From an uncultured Candidatus Binatia bacterium (GTDB taxonomy: Bacteria; Desulfobacterota; Binatia; UBA9968; CAXXLF01): a stretch of 64,000 nt of DNA. The stretch is taken from positions 1,184,001-1,248,000 of the forward strand of contig OZ244621.1 of the NCBI GenBank assembly GCA_965218425.1. The letters are read 5' to 3'. The position numbers and the translations under genes were made by a program. A model generated the notes under the pieces. It saw only the letters and a program-made list of their open reading frames with translations. It was not told the origin of the DNA and did no database searches. Shown one piece after another: positions 38,316-49,959 of this stretch (position 1 is the stretch's first letter; every line of letters starts with the position of its first letter).

Positions 38316-39173
38316 CTAACTAGCGCGCAAACTACAGCTGACCGTAATTCTTTCCGCTCTGTAGAACTCCTTTAAGAAGTCTTCGGGGTTAGCATAGCTC
38401 CGTTTAGGGACGAGCCTTGCCGGGAACGAAACTACCAACGGGTCCAGATCGAACGGGTATGGTCGGACGGTCGCGTTTTTTTCATCTGCTGGATCTATTG
38501 TGAGCCTCACATGATCTCCACCCGGAGCTACGGGCACCGGAACATTGTTCAAATCACGATGCGGACCGCTCTTGCGCGCCTTGCTATCGTTCAGGGGATA
38601 GCGATTACAAACGAACTGCGCAAGCTGGTCAAAGATCGTCATTAATTCGTAGTTTGCCCAGAGCTTTTCTTCCGCCACGAATTCCCGGAACTCTTCTGAG
38701 CCACGGAGGTCGTTAAGCAATTTCACCCGCAGTTTTTCTTGATCATCAACGTATTCCTTTACCAGGGGATTATCCGTACGGTCAGGTGGATAGGTGAACC
38801 TGCCATAGCCACCATTCATCAGCCCAACTCCATGCATTAGCACCAGTAAACCGGCATAGGGGTCTCTCCGCACTACTTGATTCACCCCATCCTTGTAGAA
38901 ATCAAGCCTGAACTTCCCAAGGTATTTGATACTGCCGTCGTGGTAATCGAGAGGGTATCCCTTATCGTTAAGGGTTGATGGTTTGATCTCCCACTCTTCC
39001 CAGCCGTTGTCATGCTCCTGTGCAGCCAACACGACTGATGAAAAAGGCTTGGGTTCGGAGAACATGGCGTTTCCCCAATGCGCGGCTAGGAAGCCTGCCA
39101 CTCTGGAATGATCAACTTGTAGAGCGAGTAGCATACGGGAATCATCGTACGGATTAACCATCATTGGACTCAC
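38316..39173 (-). CDS. DUF3891 family protein
   Basis: QVDHSRVAG.LA.HWGN, EHDNGW..WE, DPYAGLL..MH, V.PYPF. Confidence 0.82.
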   Translation of the reverse strand: MSPMMVNPYDDSRMLLALQVDHSRVAGFLAAHWGNAMFSEPKPFSSVVLAAQEHDNGWEEWEIKPSTLNDKGYPLDYHDGSIKYLGKFRLDFYKDGVNQVVRRDPYAGLLVLMHGVGLMNGGYGRFTYPPDRTDNPLVKEYVDDQEKLRVKLLNDLRGSEEFREFVAEEKLWANYELMTIFDQLAQFVCNRYPLNDSKARKSGPHRDLNNVPVPVAPGGDHVRLTIDPADEKNATVRPYPFDLDPLVVSFPARLVPKRSYANPEDFLKEFYRAERITVSCSLRAS

Positions 39174-39299
39174 CTCCTAGGTACAGAATTGGATCTCACC
39201 TGCCGCGCCTCTTATTAGGTTCAAGAACGGGTCCTCCTAGCCTCGCCTGAGTGGAGTTACACTCCAAACATCAGGGCTTTCACCATAACAGGAACAGAA

Positions 39300-40010
39300 T
39301 CTTTCTGTGGAACTGGTTTTCCAACTTCAACAAAGCGGATCGACTACATAAGCAATCCGCCCCATGGGAGTCGATCCAAACACCAGTTCCTCCCCTTTCG
39401 CTATAACCTTACCCGCCCGACGACGCTTCTCTTCCTCCCTCGCATAGGCCAGTTGGTCGTAATAGAGTTAGGCCACGGAGCCTGTTTCCTTCCCTTTCGG
39501 CTTCCATCTTTCCGGATCGAAATCGATGCGAGATCCCTCAGACGGCCCTCCCGCTCCGCCTGGAATGAGGGTCTGTATTGCCTCCTTGCCTTGTTGCGCA
39601 AAGACCCACTACTCCGGGTATTCTTCCTCTTCGTAAAGCGCGCCCCATGGCCATGGTAAACGGACCCGTTGTGGCTGCCACATACAGAAACTCCTCGCCG
39701 CTCTCGTTCACGTGCCGATGCCAAGCAAAAACGGGAACACAGATTGAATCACCCGCTTTCCACTCATATTTCACTCCATCGATGATACTGTAACCGTAGC
39801 CTTTAAGGATCGCGATCACAGCCCCTACCGTGTGACGATGACCTGGTTTCCTATTTCGTTGCATGGGCTCATCCTCAAGGGGCCAGCGATCAATCCAGAA
39901 ACGAAAACTTCGTCGGTTAAAGCCCAAACGCGGATCCACAAGGTAGACATGAAAGTGCTCATCGAGCTGGGCCTCGATTTCCTCTGCCTCCACATTGACA
40001 TCCGGTGTCT
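39300..40010 (-). pseudogene. Disrupted cupin (gentisate 1,2-dioxygenase-like) gene
   Basis: HRHT..AV..ILKG.GYS, W.AGD...VP..AWHRH.N; 5' end missing, with a frameshift and stops downstream. Confidence 0.7.
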
Positions 40011-40983
40011 GCCGTGGTGAAGTTACCCCTTCAACGCAAGCGGTTGGATGTTCTTTTTCACCAACGAAAGAAGATAGTCTGGCTTCATAGGTAAGCGGGC
40101 CGTTTCAACTCCGAGGGCGTTCGACATAGCATTGGCAAGCGCGCCCCCAGCCGCCGCGATCCCTCCTTCACCCCCACCTTTAACTCCCAAAGGATTTAGC
40201 GGCGCGGGAGCATCCTCGGCGGCCAAGAAACCTATAGGAGGAACCTCCATTGCTGTAGGAATCAAATAATCCATAAAGCTCGTCGATAAAGGTTGACCAT
40301 CAGAACCATAAACAAACTCCTCCAGCAAAGCTCCCCCGATTCCTTGAGCAAGTCCCCCAGCCATCTGTCCCTCAAGCGGCATCGGGTTGACTGCTCGACC
40401 CACATCCTGCGCAACGAGATATTTTACGACTTTCACGACGCCGGTCTCACGATCCACTTTACCACCGCTATATGAACACCATAAGGAAACGGGCGTTTGT
40501 CCGATGCAAAAAAGTCTTCCTCCGAAATCCCGGGTTCCGCGCCTTTTTTGATTGCTAAACTTGGAGTGGTTAGTTGAACGATATTCGCATAGTCGAGCGA
40601 TTGCCTAGCGTCTCCTCTGACGACAACACGCCCCTCCTTCAATGCCAAATCACTGGGATCTATCTCCAAAGAATCCGATGCCACCCGCAAGAGCTTATCT
40701 TTGACTTTACCGGCCGCAATGAGGGCGGCACTGCCCGCCATCACCGTGGTGCGGCTTGCATTGCTTCCCATACCATAGGGCACTTTGGACGTATCCCCAT
40801 GTATAACGCGCACGTCTTCCAATGTGACTTTTAATTCATCCGCCACAATTTGACTAAGAGCGGTTTCCGCTCCCTGACCGATGGATGCGCAGCCCGAATA
40901 TAGGACAACTTGACCTTTGTTGTTAATTTCTACCCGAGCATACTCCCAAGGCCCCAAGCCACTTGTTTCGACAAAGCAACCTA

Positions 40984-42072
40984 TTGAGAACCGCATAATA
41001 TAGTAACATTGGATAAGAACTAATGTATAGTGGTGGTATGGGAAACCCACTTGGAGTGCGACGGGACTTTGAAGCATTGGAGCGGCGGCGGATGGAGGTG
41101 GGGAGGCTGTTGAAGCGAGGGCTGTCGGAGGCGGAGGTGGCGCGTTGGGTGGGAGTGCACCGCCAGTCGGTGAATCGATGGGCGCGGCAGTTGGCCGAGA
41201 GCGGCAGAGCCGGGCTCAAGCAGGCGGGGCGTGCCGGACGCAAGCCGCGACTGAGCCCGGCGGATCTGAAGAAGATCGAGGGCGGTTTGAAACGGGGACC
41301 CGAAGCGCTGGGGTACGACACGAGCCTGTGGACCGCAAGGCGAGTGGCCCACTTGATTGGGGAAGCCTGCGGAGTCACATACCATCCGGGCCATGTTTGG
41401 CGGATATTGCGGCAGTTGGGGTGGAGTTGCCAGCGGCCGACGGGACGTGCCTTGGAACGAGATGAAGAGGCGATCCGGCAGTGGAAGAAGAAGCGCTGGC
41501 CGGAGATTAAAAAAAAGCCCGAAACGAGGGGCGAACCATAGTGTTCGTGGACGAAAGCGGGCTGAGCGAGCGGCCGAATCGGTATCGTACGTGGTCGCCC
41601 CGAGGACAGACGCCAGTGCTGCAATATCACTTCAACTGGAAGAGTCTGTCGGCCATCGCCGGAGTCACCTGGTGGCGCTTGTACTTTCGAGTGTATCCGG
41701 GAGCCATCAAGAGCCCCCAGATCATCGAATTCCTGAAGCACTTGATGCGTCATGTTTCCGGGCCGCTGCTGGTAGTGTGGGACGGACTGCCCAGCCACCG
41801 GAGCCGGTTGGTTCGGGACTTTGTTGCCGCTACCGAAGGCGCGTTGGTGCTGGAACGGTTGCCGGCCTATGCACCGGAACTGAATCCCGTCGAATACCTC
41901 TGGGGATACTGGAAGCATCATGAACTGCCCAACTTCTGTGCCAAGGACTTCGCTCAACTCAGCCACCATGCTCGTCGCGCCCTTTGCCGAATGCGCCGCA
42001 GGCCTCGTCTCGTTACCGCCTTCTGGAAACAGTCCAGCCTTTTCTGATGTCATTATATTATACGAGGATCAA
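40984..42072 (+). mobile_element. IS630-family insertion sequence with TA target duplication
   Basis: TIRs TTGAGAACCGCATAATATAGTAACAT and ATGTCATTATATTATACGAGGATCAA; TA at 40982-83 and 42073-74. Confidence 0.93.
41023..42047 (+). CDS. IS630 transposase, two ORFs joined by a probable programmed -1 frameshift
   Basis: HTH ORF 41023..41541 plus DDE ORF (FVDESG, WDG...H, LPAYAPELNPVE); slippery A8G at 41509-41517. Confidence 0.9.
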
Positions 42073-43479
42073 TAATCCAATTCCCATTGCCCTACCCTCT
42101 TGCTTTGCTCTCTCGCAGTCTTGTTTTACTCTCGTATAGTCCATGCGAGACAATGCCTTTTCAAAGAGGCCTGGATAGTCGCCGCTGTCATAAACTGTGT
42201 AATGATAGGGATGCGGGCCTTGATCGTAAGGCATCTCCTCAGGTCGAATAAAATTTCGACGCCGCACCTCCACCGGATCAAGTCCCAATCGGAGCGCAAC
42301 CAAATCCATAACGCGCCCGCGTACAAAAGCCGCTTCGTAACGTCCTGGGCTGCGGTAGGTCCCAACCGGTGTGGTGTTTGTCAATACGCAAAATACACTA
42401 CTACGGTAATTCTTAATCCGGTACGGCCCCGTGGGTCCGGGTATAGGCACCCATATTGAAAACGATCTCATCTTCCACGGCGACAATAGAGCCGTCCAGC
42501 GCGGCTCCGACTTTGATTCGATGTCTCTGCTCTCGGGACTGGTTCGACGTCTTTAGATGTTCGCTCCTGTCTTCGATCCAACATACAGGCCGACGGAAGT
42601 AAATAGCCGCATGAGGAATCAAGAAATTCTCCGGATAAAATTCCCCACGTGCTCCAAAACCTCCTCCAACGTCTGGCTCAATAAAGTGAATGGAGCTTTC
42701 CGGTAGATCGAGTAGACCCGAAAGAATACCGCGATTAACGTGTGTTACCTTCGTTGGCCCCCACACTCTCAGAGTGTCACTTCCCCGGTTGAACTCAGCC
42801 ACGAGCCCCCGGGTCTCCAGTGGTACGGCTCCGTGGCGCTGGGTAAAAAACTCGTCCTCCAATACAAGATCGGCCCCAGCCATGGCGCTATCTACATCTC
42901 CGTTATCAACGGCAAAGTGCGCCCCAATGTTATCCGACACCGTGTCGTGAAGCTTTGGAGCGCCCGACGTCATGGCCGCTCGCGGATCCGTAACGGTATC
43001 CAGTGGCTCGTACTTTACTTGACAAAACTCCATGGCATCCTCGGCCAAGTATCGATTCTGCGCGACTATTACGCCCACCGGCTCCCCTACGTATCGGACC
43101 TTGTCCCTCGCGATAGGATACTGTTGGGATCGTTCCAACCCGGGAACCTTTCCTGCACGCATGGGAATGGTTTTGAGCACCGGCATACGATCAGCGGTCA
43201 ATACTCCTAGTACGCCAGGAGCCCTCTCAGCAGCGTCAGTATTGACACTCACTATCCGGGCGTGGGCAAGTGGGCTCCGCAAGATGACCGCGTGGACCAT
43301 CCCAACGAGCTGGATATCCCCCACGAATCGTCCTATAGCCCGCAGGAGTCTGAGATCCTCAACTCGCTTAACCCTGGTTCCTATATAATCCATCGCATGT
43401 AACCTGTGCTCTGTACTGCTTCATTCCATTGCTAAAGATCCATGAACTGCCGAGCATCTTCCAAATTCCTTGATTCGCC

Positions 43480-44200
43480 AAAACATGAATCCACCACCAC
43501 TTACCACTATTGCCTGTCCAGTCATATAGCCGCTAGCCTCGCCGACATCCTTTGTTCCTCCCGTACGCCCCGGGGGTATGGTTTTCTCCAGCAGAGCCCA
43601 ATCGTCCGGGGAATAATTGCCGAGAACTTTTTGAGTCGCAGTCAGACCAGGGGCGATAACGTTAGCGCGTATCCCGTGGGGAGCTATCGACCGCTAGGGA
43701 CTTTGCAAAAGCAATAACAGCGGCTTTAGATGCCGTATAGGCCGAGCGTGATATACTGCCGGTGAGCGCAAAGTTTGAAGAAGTATTTACAATGCTCCCT
43801 CTTTTGTGTCTTTTCATTATAGCGACGGCAGCCTGGCAGCAAAGAAAGGTAGACTTTAGATTCACGTTGACTACCTCCTGCCATTCCGATAAAGGAAAAT
43901 CCTCTATAGGATGATTGTACAAAGACCCCCCAGCCAGGTTTACGAGCACGTCGATTCGGTCAAAAGTCGAGACGACCTTTGAAAAGGCGTTCTGGACCTC
44001 GGTGCATTTTGTTACGTCCAGACCGATAAACATCCCACCTTTGCCTTCCCGCTCGAGCACGGCCAGCACTTGTTGGCCACCCTCTTCATTGTGATCCAGG
44101 ATGACTAGTAGAAAATCGGCTTGAGCTAGCCGCATGACCACAGCTCGACCGATACCTCCCGCACCTCCTGAAACCACGGCGATTCTAGTTGTGGTGTGAT
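43480..44200 (-). pseudogene. SDR oxidoreductase pseudogene
   Basis: SGGAGGIG and YTASK, then a frameshift near 43680; the remainder (NVIAPG...) is in another frame. Confidence 0.75.
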
Positions 44201-44320
44201 TTATGAGTCTTTTTCTACCAATGTTTGGAGAGTAATCGTAACGAGTGTTATTGATAACGCGACTCCTTGAAAATATTTAAGCTAGCTTGTCGTAAATTGC
44301 TGCGCGCGCAAATCTTCAAG

Positions 44321-45145
44321 TCAGGGCAAAATGTCCAGATTAGCGTTTACTACGCCGCCTATCTTCTCGATCTCCTCGGCGGCTGATCTTAGCTTTTTCA
44401 CAAGATCAAGTTTTTCTTTCCAGCTTATAGTCCCCACCGGAAAGACGACATTGACAGCCGCTTCAATCTCACCTTTTGTGTTTTTTATAGGAACACCTAG
44501 AGCGGAAACACCGTCATCATTTTCCTCGTCGTTCTCACCAAATCCTCGTTGGCGCACTTTGGCAATGTCGGACAACAACCGATTCACAGTCGGAACTGTC
44601 TTCTGCGTTAGACGGTTAAACTTTACACCCTTGAACCTTGCCAAGATTTCCGAATCCTCGAGACCGGAGAGCATCACCTTTCCTGATGCACTTGCATACG
44701 CTGGCACTCTGGTCCCGGGTTGAACCATGACCCTCACTCTACCCGGCCCCTCATAGACTCCGATAAACAACACTGCATTTCCATCCAACACGCTCAACGT
44801 CGCGGTGAGTTTTGTCTCTATAGTCACTTCTTTAAGGATGTTTCTGATTCGCTCTCTAGTACCAGAGGTCATATATCCCTGACCCACGTACAGAGCGTTA
44901 CGTCCAATCTTGTACTTGTCGGTTCCGTACTCTTTTTCAATAAATTCGAGCCGCTCCAACGACTTGAGAAGCCGATAGGCCGTCGCCTTGGCTAAACCTG
45001 TCTGCCGGTAGATATCGTTCAAGCCCATGCTTTTTTCTGACTCTCGAAGCCAGAGCATGAGTTCCAAGCCTTTGGTGAGTGAAGTTAACGGTTTAATTTG
45101 CTGATCCCCCTTTAACCAATTATTTTGCGGTGAAAAACCAACCAA
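44321..45145 (-). CDS. IclR family transcriptional regulator
   Basis: SLTKGL.L, GLAKATAYRLL HTH, ASASGKVML, VRQRGF...EE. Confidence 0.92.
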   Translation of the reverse strand: MVGFSPQNNWLKGDQQIKPLTSLTKGLELMLWLRESEKSMGLNDIYRQTGLAKATAYRLLKSLERLEFIEKEYGTDKYKIGRNALYVGQGYMTSGTRERIRNILKEVTIETKLTATLSVLDGNAVLFIGVYEGPGRVRVMVQPGTRVPAYASASGKVMLSGLEDSEILARFKGVKFNRLTQKTVPTVNRLLSDIAKVRQRGFGENDEENDDGVSALGVPIKNTKGEIEAAVNVVFPVGTISWKEKLDLVKKLRSAAEEIEKIGGVVNANLDILP

Positions 45146-45146
45146 C

Positions 45147-45695
45147 TCAACTCAACGGTTTCGGCCAGTCTTGTAAGAGTGTTCCATAGTTCTTAACGGA
45201 GAATTTATGACCGAGAAGAGATGAAACATGCCACAACATTGCGGGATTACTCGCAACGAGTTGCTTTTTCAATATTCCGTTCATCTTCTCATCCCATGGG
45301 GTCATTACAATCAACTTTTTCGCTGACAAGGCCCTTACCGCCGCTATGACTGAAGGCATCGCCATAACCACAGGGATTCCCGCCGCCTGGGAAACCTTTG
45401 CCTCCAAGCCGGGGTTAAAACCCCCTAGGGGTGCACCGGCAATTATTAGACCATTCGGATCGTATCTTCTTGTAAACTCCAAGGCTCCAGTTATAACCTC
45501 GTCGGCTTTTCTTCCGACTTCGTAGCGCGAGCCGCGTAATAGGCCGAGATCCTCAAAAATTACATTGACTTCCGCTGGAATGAGTCGTTGAAAATTCTGC
45601 CCATAGGTCCCGCTAATGACTCCGGGATTTAAATGCACGATTCGCACCTTGGCGGATTGGTCTATCACTTTATCCCTTGCCAACGAGGTTTTCAT
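45147..45695 (-). pseudogene. Truncated Asp/Glu racemase / maleate isomerase-like gene
   Basis: AGIPVV......A.RALSAKKL.VMTPW pattern; ends prematurely. Confidence 0.55.
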
Positions 45696-45831
45696 TTTCT
45701 AAATCAACCCGTTTCCAGAGAGCCGTTCACCCCTTTCTGGCCATCACATATTCCAGTCGTTTCTCACCCGAGTTCCTCCTGACATGACACAACGCTGACC
45801 GTTCAATCTCCTCTTATTGAGCACCCCCGGG

Positions 45832-47814
45832 CTACGACCAAGAACTGATAAGCCATGGATCTGGCCAGACCACATACATAATTTGATCAAAGATAATCAC
45901 AAGAAAGGCTTCTGCCAGAACGGCAAGAGAAATCGCTTGTTTCCATCCAGCGCGGTAGTTCCTTGCGTAGAGGATACAAAAAACGGGCAAGCTGAAGTGA
46001 AGTCCCACCAGAATGATTGACCCTACAAGACCCAGGATCCAGATAAATTCAACTAGTATTCGTTTTCGTACCTCGCGGGCTCCAGGGCCAACCGCAAGGA
46101 GGCTACGAGGTCCTTTTACAAGCGCGCAGACGGCCACACCTAAATGGACAAGTCCTAGCAGAATGCCCACTCCTGCAAGCGAATAGATCACAAGCGATGT
46201 GTGGAAAGGCCACCGAAGGGCATGGAAAGCCGCTGCGCCAAAGACAGAGACGAGACCAACTGTGGCTAGCGTGTCCCCAATTCTACCCCCTTGTGTCTCC
46301 GCTTCTTCTGAGAATGAGACCACCCTTTCTTCTTCTACTCCTCCTTCTCTCTTCTCTCTCCATCGCCGCAGGACGGGAAAGAAAAGGGTAAGTATAATCA
46401 GCACCATCAGCAGGATCACCCCCGGGAATAATAACCAACTGAAACCGTATCGGGCCATCGAAAGCCAGAGGTATCTCTCCAACTGAGGGCCGAGTACAAA
46501 AGCCATGAGAAGGGGTGGCCGGGGCCAACCAAAGAATTTCATCAGGGTGCCGATAATTCCAAATAATAGAAAGGTAAACAAATCCCCCCAGGCAAAGGAA
46601 ACGGCAATAGAAGCTGCAACACAGAGGACCAATGACATGGGGACAACGACACTAAAGGGCAGAAGGGAAATGGCGGCAAACGGTTTGGAAAGACCCAGCG
46701 CAAGACCCGTTGCCAGGAGATTGGCGATGACCAGCACCCAGATCATAGCCATGGTAAGGTGGAGCTGTTCAGTGAGCAGCTTCGGCCCGGGTACGATGCC
46801 GAGAGAAAAAAAGGCAATGAGCACAAAGACATAGCTACCGCTTCCCGGAATACCAAAGGCGATGGTGGGAATAAGGGCACCGCCCTCCTTTGCATTGTTC
46901 GAGCTTTCCGGGGCAATGACACCACGAACATCTCCCTTGCCAAAATTCGCTGGATTTTTTTCGGTTTGAACGGCATGGGCATAGGCGAACCAGTCCGCCA
47001 CGGTGCTTCCCAGACCTGGAAGGGCCCCTACCCAAACACCAACGATACTGCAGCGAACGACTAGCCACCAGTGCCGGAATACATCCGTGACACCCTCCCA
47101 AGTTCCACTGCCGAGCTTCTCAGTCTGGGCAATGCTGCTCCGGCGAACGGCAAGGTCAATCAGCTCGGGTACGGCAAAGATCCCCAGGGCCACAGCGACG
47201 ATGTTCAGTCCATCCTGGAGATACAGCCCTCCGAAGGTAAACCGCAGAATAGCGGTCTTGTCGTCCAATCCCACCGTTGAGACCAACGCTCCAAGAAGTG
47301 CGGCCAAAAGCCCTTTAACGGGGGCCTTACCACTAAGGACACCAATCGCGCTCAACCCCCAAATAACAAGGACCAGGAACTCCGGTGAGCCTAAGAGGAG
47401 CACAAGTTGACGCAGGACCGGGAGCGACGCCAACAGAACGACAGCCCCAAGGATCCCCCCCATGGCAGAGGCCGTGAAGGCGGCGCCAAACGCCCGCTTT
47501 GCCTCTCCTCGCTTGGCCATAGGATAGCCATCCACAATGGTGGCTTGGGAACCGACATTACCGGGCACCGCAATTAATACGGAGGGGAAAGTATTCGCAG
47601 TGTTGGAGACCACTACAATTCCCAGAAGAAGAGCAATAGCCTGATACGGGGGGAGGGTTATACTATAGGGGAGAGCGATTGTTAGGGATAGATATCCGCC
47701 AAATCCGGGTATGGCCGCAACGGTGCTTGCAGCCAAAACCCCCACCACCATGAGGAACATGGCAAAAGGATCGAAAAGAATACCCACGAGCCCCTGATAA
47801 GCTGCCTCAAACAT
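45832..47814 (-). CDS. tctA: Tripartite tricarboxylate transporter TctA with fused TctB-like C-terminus
   Basis: DGYPMAKRG, GVIAPESSNNA, IPTIAFGIPG; extra ~150 aa hydrophobic tail. Confidence 0.88.
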   Translation of the reverse strand: MFEAAYQGLVGILFDPFAMFLMVVGVLAASTVAAIPGFGGYLSLTIALPYSITLPPYQAIALLLGIVVVSNTANTFPSVLIAVPGNVGSQATIVDGYPMAKRGEAKRAFGAAFTASAMGGILGAVVLLASLPVLRQLVLLLGSPEFLVLVIWGLSAIGVLSGKAPVKGLLAALLGALVSTVGLDDKTAILRFTFGGLYLQDGLNIVAVALGIFAVPELIDLAVRRSSIAQTEKLGSGTWEGVTDVFRHWWLVVRCSIVGVWVGALPGLGSTVADWFAYAHAVQTEKNPANFGKGDVRGVIAPESSNNAKEGGALIPTIAFGIPGSGSYVFVLIAFFSLGIVPGPKLLTEQLHLTMAMIWVLVIANLLATGLALGLSKPFAAISLLPFSVVVPMSLVLCVAASIAVSFAWGDLFTFLLFGIIGTLMKFFGWPRPPLLMAFVLGPQLERYLWLSMARYGFSWLLFPGVILLMVLIILTLFFPVLRRWREKREGGVEEERVVSFSEEAETQGGRIGDTLATVGLVSVFGAAAFHALRWPFHTSLVIYSLAGVGILLGLVHLGVAVCALVKGPRSLLAVGPGAREVRKRILVEFIWILGLVGSIILVGLHFSLPVFCILYARNYRAGWKQAISLAVLAEAFLVIIFDQIMYVVWPDPWLISSWS

Positions 47815-47903
47815 CTTATCTTACTTCTTTCCAAGAGCGGAGGTGTCCGATTGGCCGGCATACAGTCGGACACTTCCACTTTTCTATAATAGAGCTGACT
47901 AGT

Positions 47904-48965
47904 TTATTTTATCCCGCCCGGGAGGCCATACTTCACCCTTAGCTTTGCAGCGTATTTCACTGCCTCATCAGGGGTATTTACAAGGTCCCGGATCATCTTC
48001 GTAAGTTCTTTAGCGTATAGGGGCTGGATATCCACGCTCAACTGCTTCCTCGCCAGCTTGAGAAACTCGGGGTCTTTGACGAGCTTTTCGAAGGCCCGCC
48101 GGTATGTTTGGACAACTTCTTTTGGCGTACCAGGAGGTAGGCCGAGCCACTTATCAGCCCCGGCAACGCCATTCCAGGACGTATAAGCCCGCCACGCCAA
48201 TTTCGATACATTTCCTTTTTTCAACAGCTCAGGGAAGACGGGCACGTCTCTATAAGAGCTACGCGGGATGTACTTGCCGCCGGAGAGTATCCCTTCCTGA
48301 GCAATCAGATCGACGACTTTATCGTCTTTCAGGCCATCGAGAAGATAGGCATTTCCTGTCGCTGACATGTCGGCCTCACCGGAGCGAATCGCTTTTATAA
48401 ACGCTGTGGTCCCGGGATAGCCAAGGACCCACCGCGCGTTCCAACCCAGGAACTCCTGCCCCCATAGAATCACGGAACTCCAGCTCCACAACCCGCTTGC
48501 CGCCGCCACAACCACTGGCTCAGCTGACCGGTCGTACAAACGCTTGGTGAGACCCTTGCGTACAAAGAAAACGCTGCCGCCTCGGTTGAACCCACCAATT
48601 ACCGGAAACTCAAGCGGGTTGAACCTGACATTTCCCATTCGCAAGATATTTGGATCAGCCATCGCTCCCATGGATTGCATAAGGCTCAAGCCGTCGGGCT
48701 TTACCCGTTGGTAAAAATAGTTGGTTCCTTTAACTCCACCAGCGCCTGGGATGCTCTGGTAAACGAGTCGCGGATTACCAGGCAGGTATTTGGGGAGGAA
48801 TTGACCCACCAAACGGCCTGCGCGGTCAGTTCCCCCTCCAACACTTCCAGGCGAAATCATACGGACAGTCTTCCCTTTAAATGAGAACTCCGCCAATACC
48901 GGCTCCACCCAGAGAAAAATCCCCAAGAGCCAAATGAATACACTTGTCAAACTAATAAATCGCAT
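47904..48965 (-). CDS. tctC: Tripartite tricarboxylate transporter substrate-binding protein (Bug/TctC)
   Basis: Signal peptide, FKGKTV, GGGTD..GR, PGAGG, PPGTP...DPEF. Confidence 0.85.
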   Translation of the reverse strand: MRFISLTSVFIWLLGIFLWVEPVLAEFSFKGKTVRMISPGSVGGGTDRAGRLVGQFLPKYLPGNPRLVYQSIPGAGGVKGTNYFYQRVKPDGLSLMQSMGAMADPNILRMGNVRFNPLEFPVIGGFNRGGSVFFVRKGLTKRLYDRSAEPVVVAAASGLWSWSSVILWGQEFLGWNARWVLGYPGTTAFIKAIRSGEADMSATGNAYLLDGLKDDKVVDLIAQEGILSGGKYIPRSSYRDVPVFPELLKKGNVSKLAWRAYTSWNGVAGADKWLGLPPGTPKEVVQTYRRAFEKLVKDPEFLKLARKQLSVDIQPLYAKELTKMIRDLVNTPDEAVKYAAKLRVKYGLPGGIK

Positions 48966-49450
48966 GGGAACCTCCTTTTGCTGCTTAGTAGAGACAATCG
49001 ACCGGTCTGTCGCTCTAAAAATAAATCGCATAGAAACCTCCTTTCGTTACTGCACGTCACAACGATCATCCAGCCCGCCCCTTCTCAAGGGTTGCTCCTA
49101 CTGCTCCTGTTGGTAAAGCGAATCAATAAAGCCACTCCCGTCAATCTGACGTAGATAATGAGTATCCAAACCTCCATTGGATTTACTGCTCTTAATTGCT
49201 GATCCTTCACCAGGTCGGACTCGAATACATTCCACAAAGCCGCCGGATGCGGATATGGCTTGGTTAACGGCATCCACCTCATACTGGAAACCGTACTTTT
49301 CCGGAATTCCCGAGTCCCGCGGCGTAAGGTGAATAGGCAAGTGAGAGGCATCGCTACATAGCATCCTGATCCTATCGGGTTTCATTTCAATCTGCTCCCT
49401 AAGACTCCTATTGCGTGACCATAAACCGTTCTATAAGTGCTGGAGTTAAC

Positions 49451-49933
49451 CTATTTACCACCACGGCTAATTCGTTGAGCAGCGCTCATTATTGCAGTGA
49501 CGATATTCTGATAACCGGTACAGCGGCAGAGATGGCCACTCAACCACTCGCGAACCTCTCGTTCGCTCGGCTGCGGGCTCTCCCTTAGTAGTGCTTCGGC
49601 GGTCATAAGGATTCCCGGTGTGCAAAAGCCACACTGCAGCCCGTGTGATTCCCAGAATGCTTCTTGTAATGGATGAAGTTGTTCTCCGGTGTTCATGCTT
49701 TCAACCGTTTTTATCCGAGCTCCATCCGCTTGAACGGCAAACAGCGTGCAGGAACGTACCGGTTCGTTCTCCATGAGGATAGTACAGGACCCGCAAACGC
49801 CATGCTCACAACCAATGTGCGTTCCAGTGAGACCGAGGTCCTCGCGAATAAAGTCAACCAGGAGCTTCCGCGGTTCCACCTCGCCCCGGTATTCGCGATC
49901 ATTGACGGTGATTGAGATTTCGCGTTTGCTCAT
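49451..49933 (-). CDS. (2Fe-2S) subunit of a Mo-hydroxylase (CoxS-like)
   Basis: GCEHGVCGSC, QCGFCTPG, LCRCTGY. Confidence 0.95.
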   Translation of the reverse strand: MSKREISITVNDREYRGEVEPRKLLVDFIREDLGLTGTHIGCEHGVCGSCTILMENEPVRSCTLFAVQADGARIKTVESMNTGEQLHPLQEAFWESHGLQCGFCTPGILMTAEALLRESPQPSEREVREWLSGHLCRCTGYQNIVTAIMSAAQRISRGGK

Positions 49934-49959
49934 AGACTGAAACCTTCCAATTCGTTTGC

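Larger units (their letters stand above)
40023..43393 (-). pseudogene. Xanthine-dehydrogenase-family Mo subunit (CoxL-like), broken by IS630, a deletion and frameshifts
   Basis: Fragments 42413..43393, 42058..42486, 40433..40981 and 40023..40457 match the intact paralogs. Removing the IS restores AMGIGLGCFVETSG. Confidence 0.92.
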
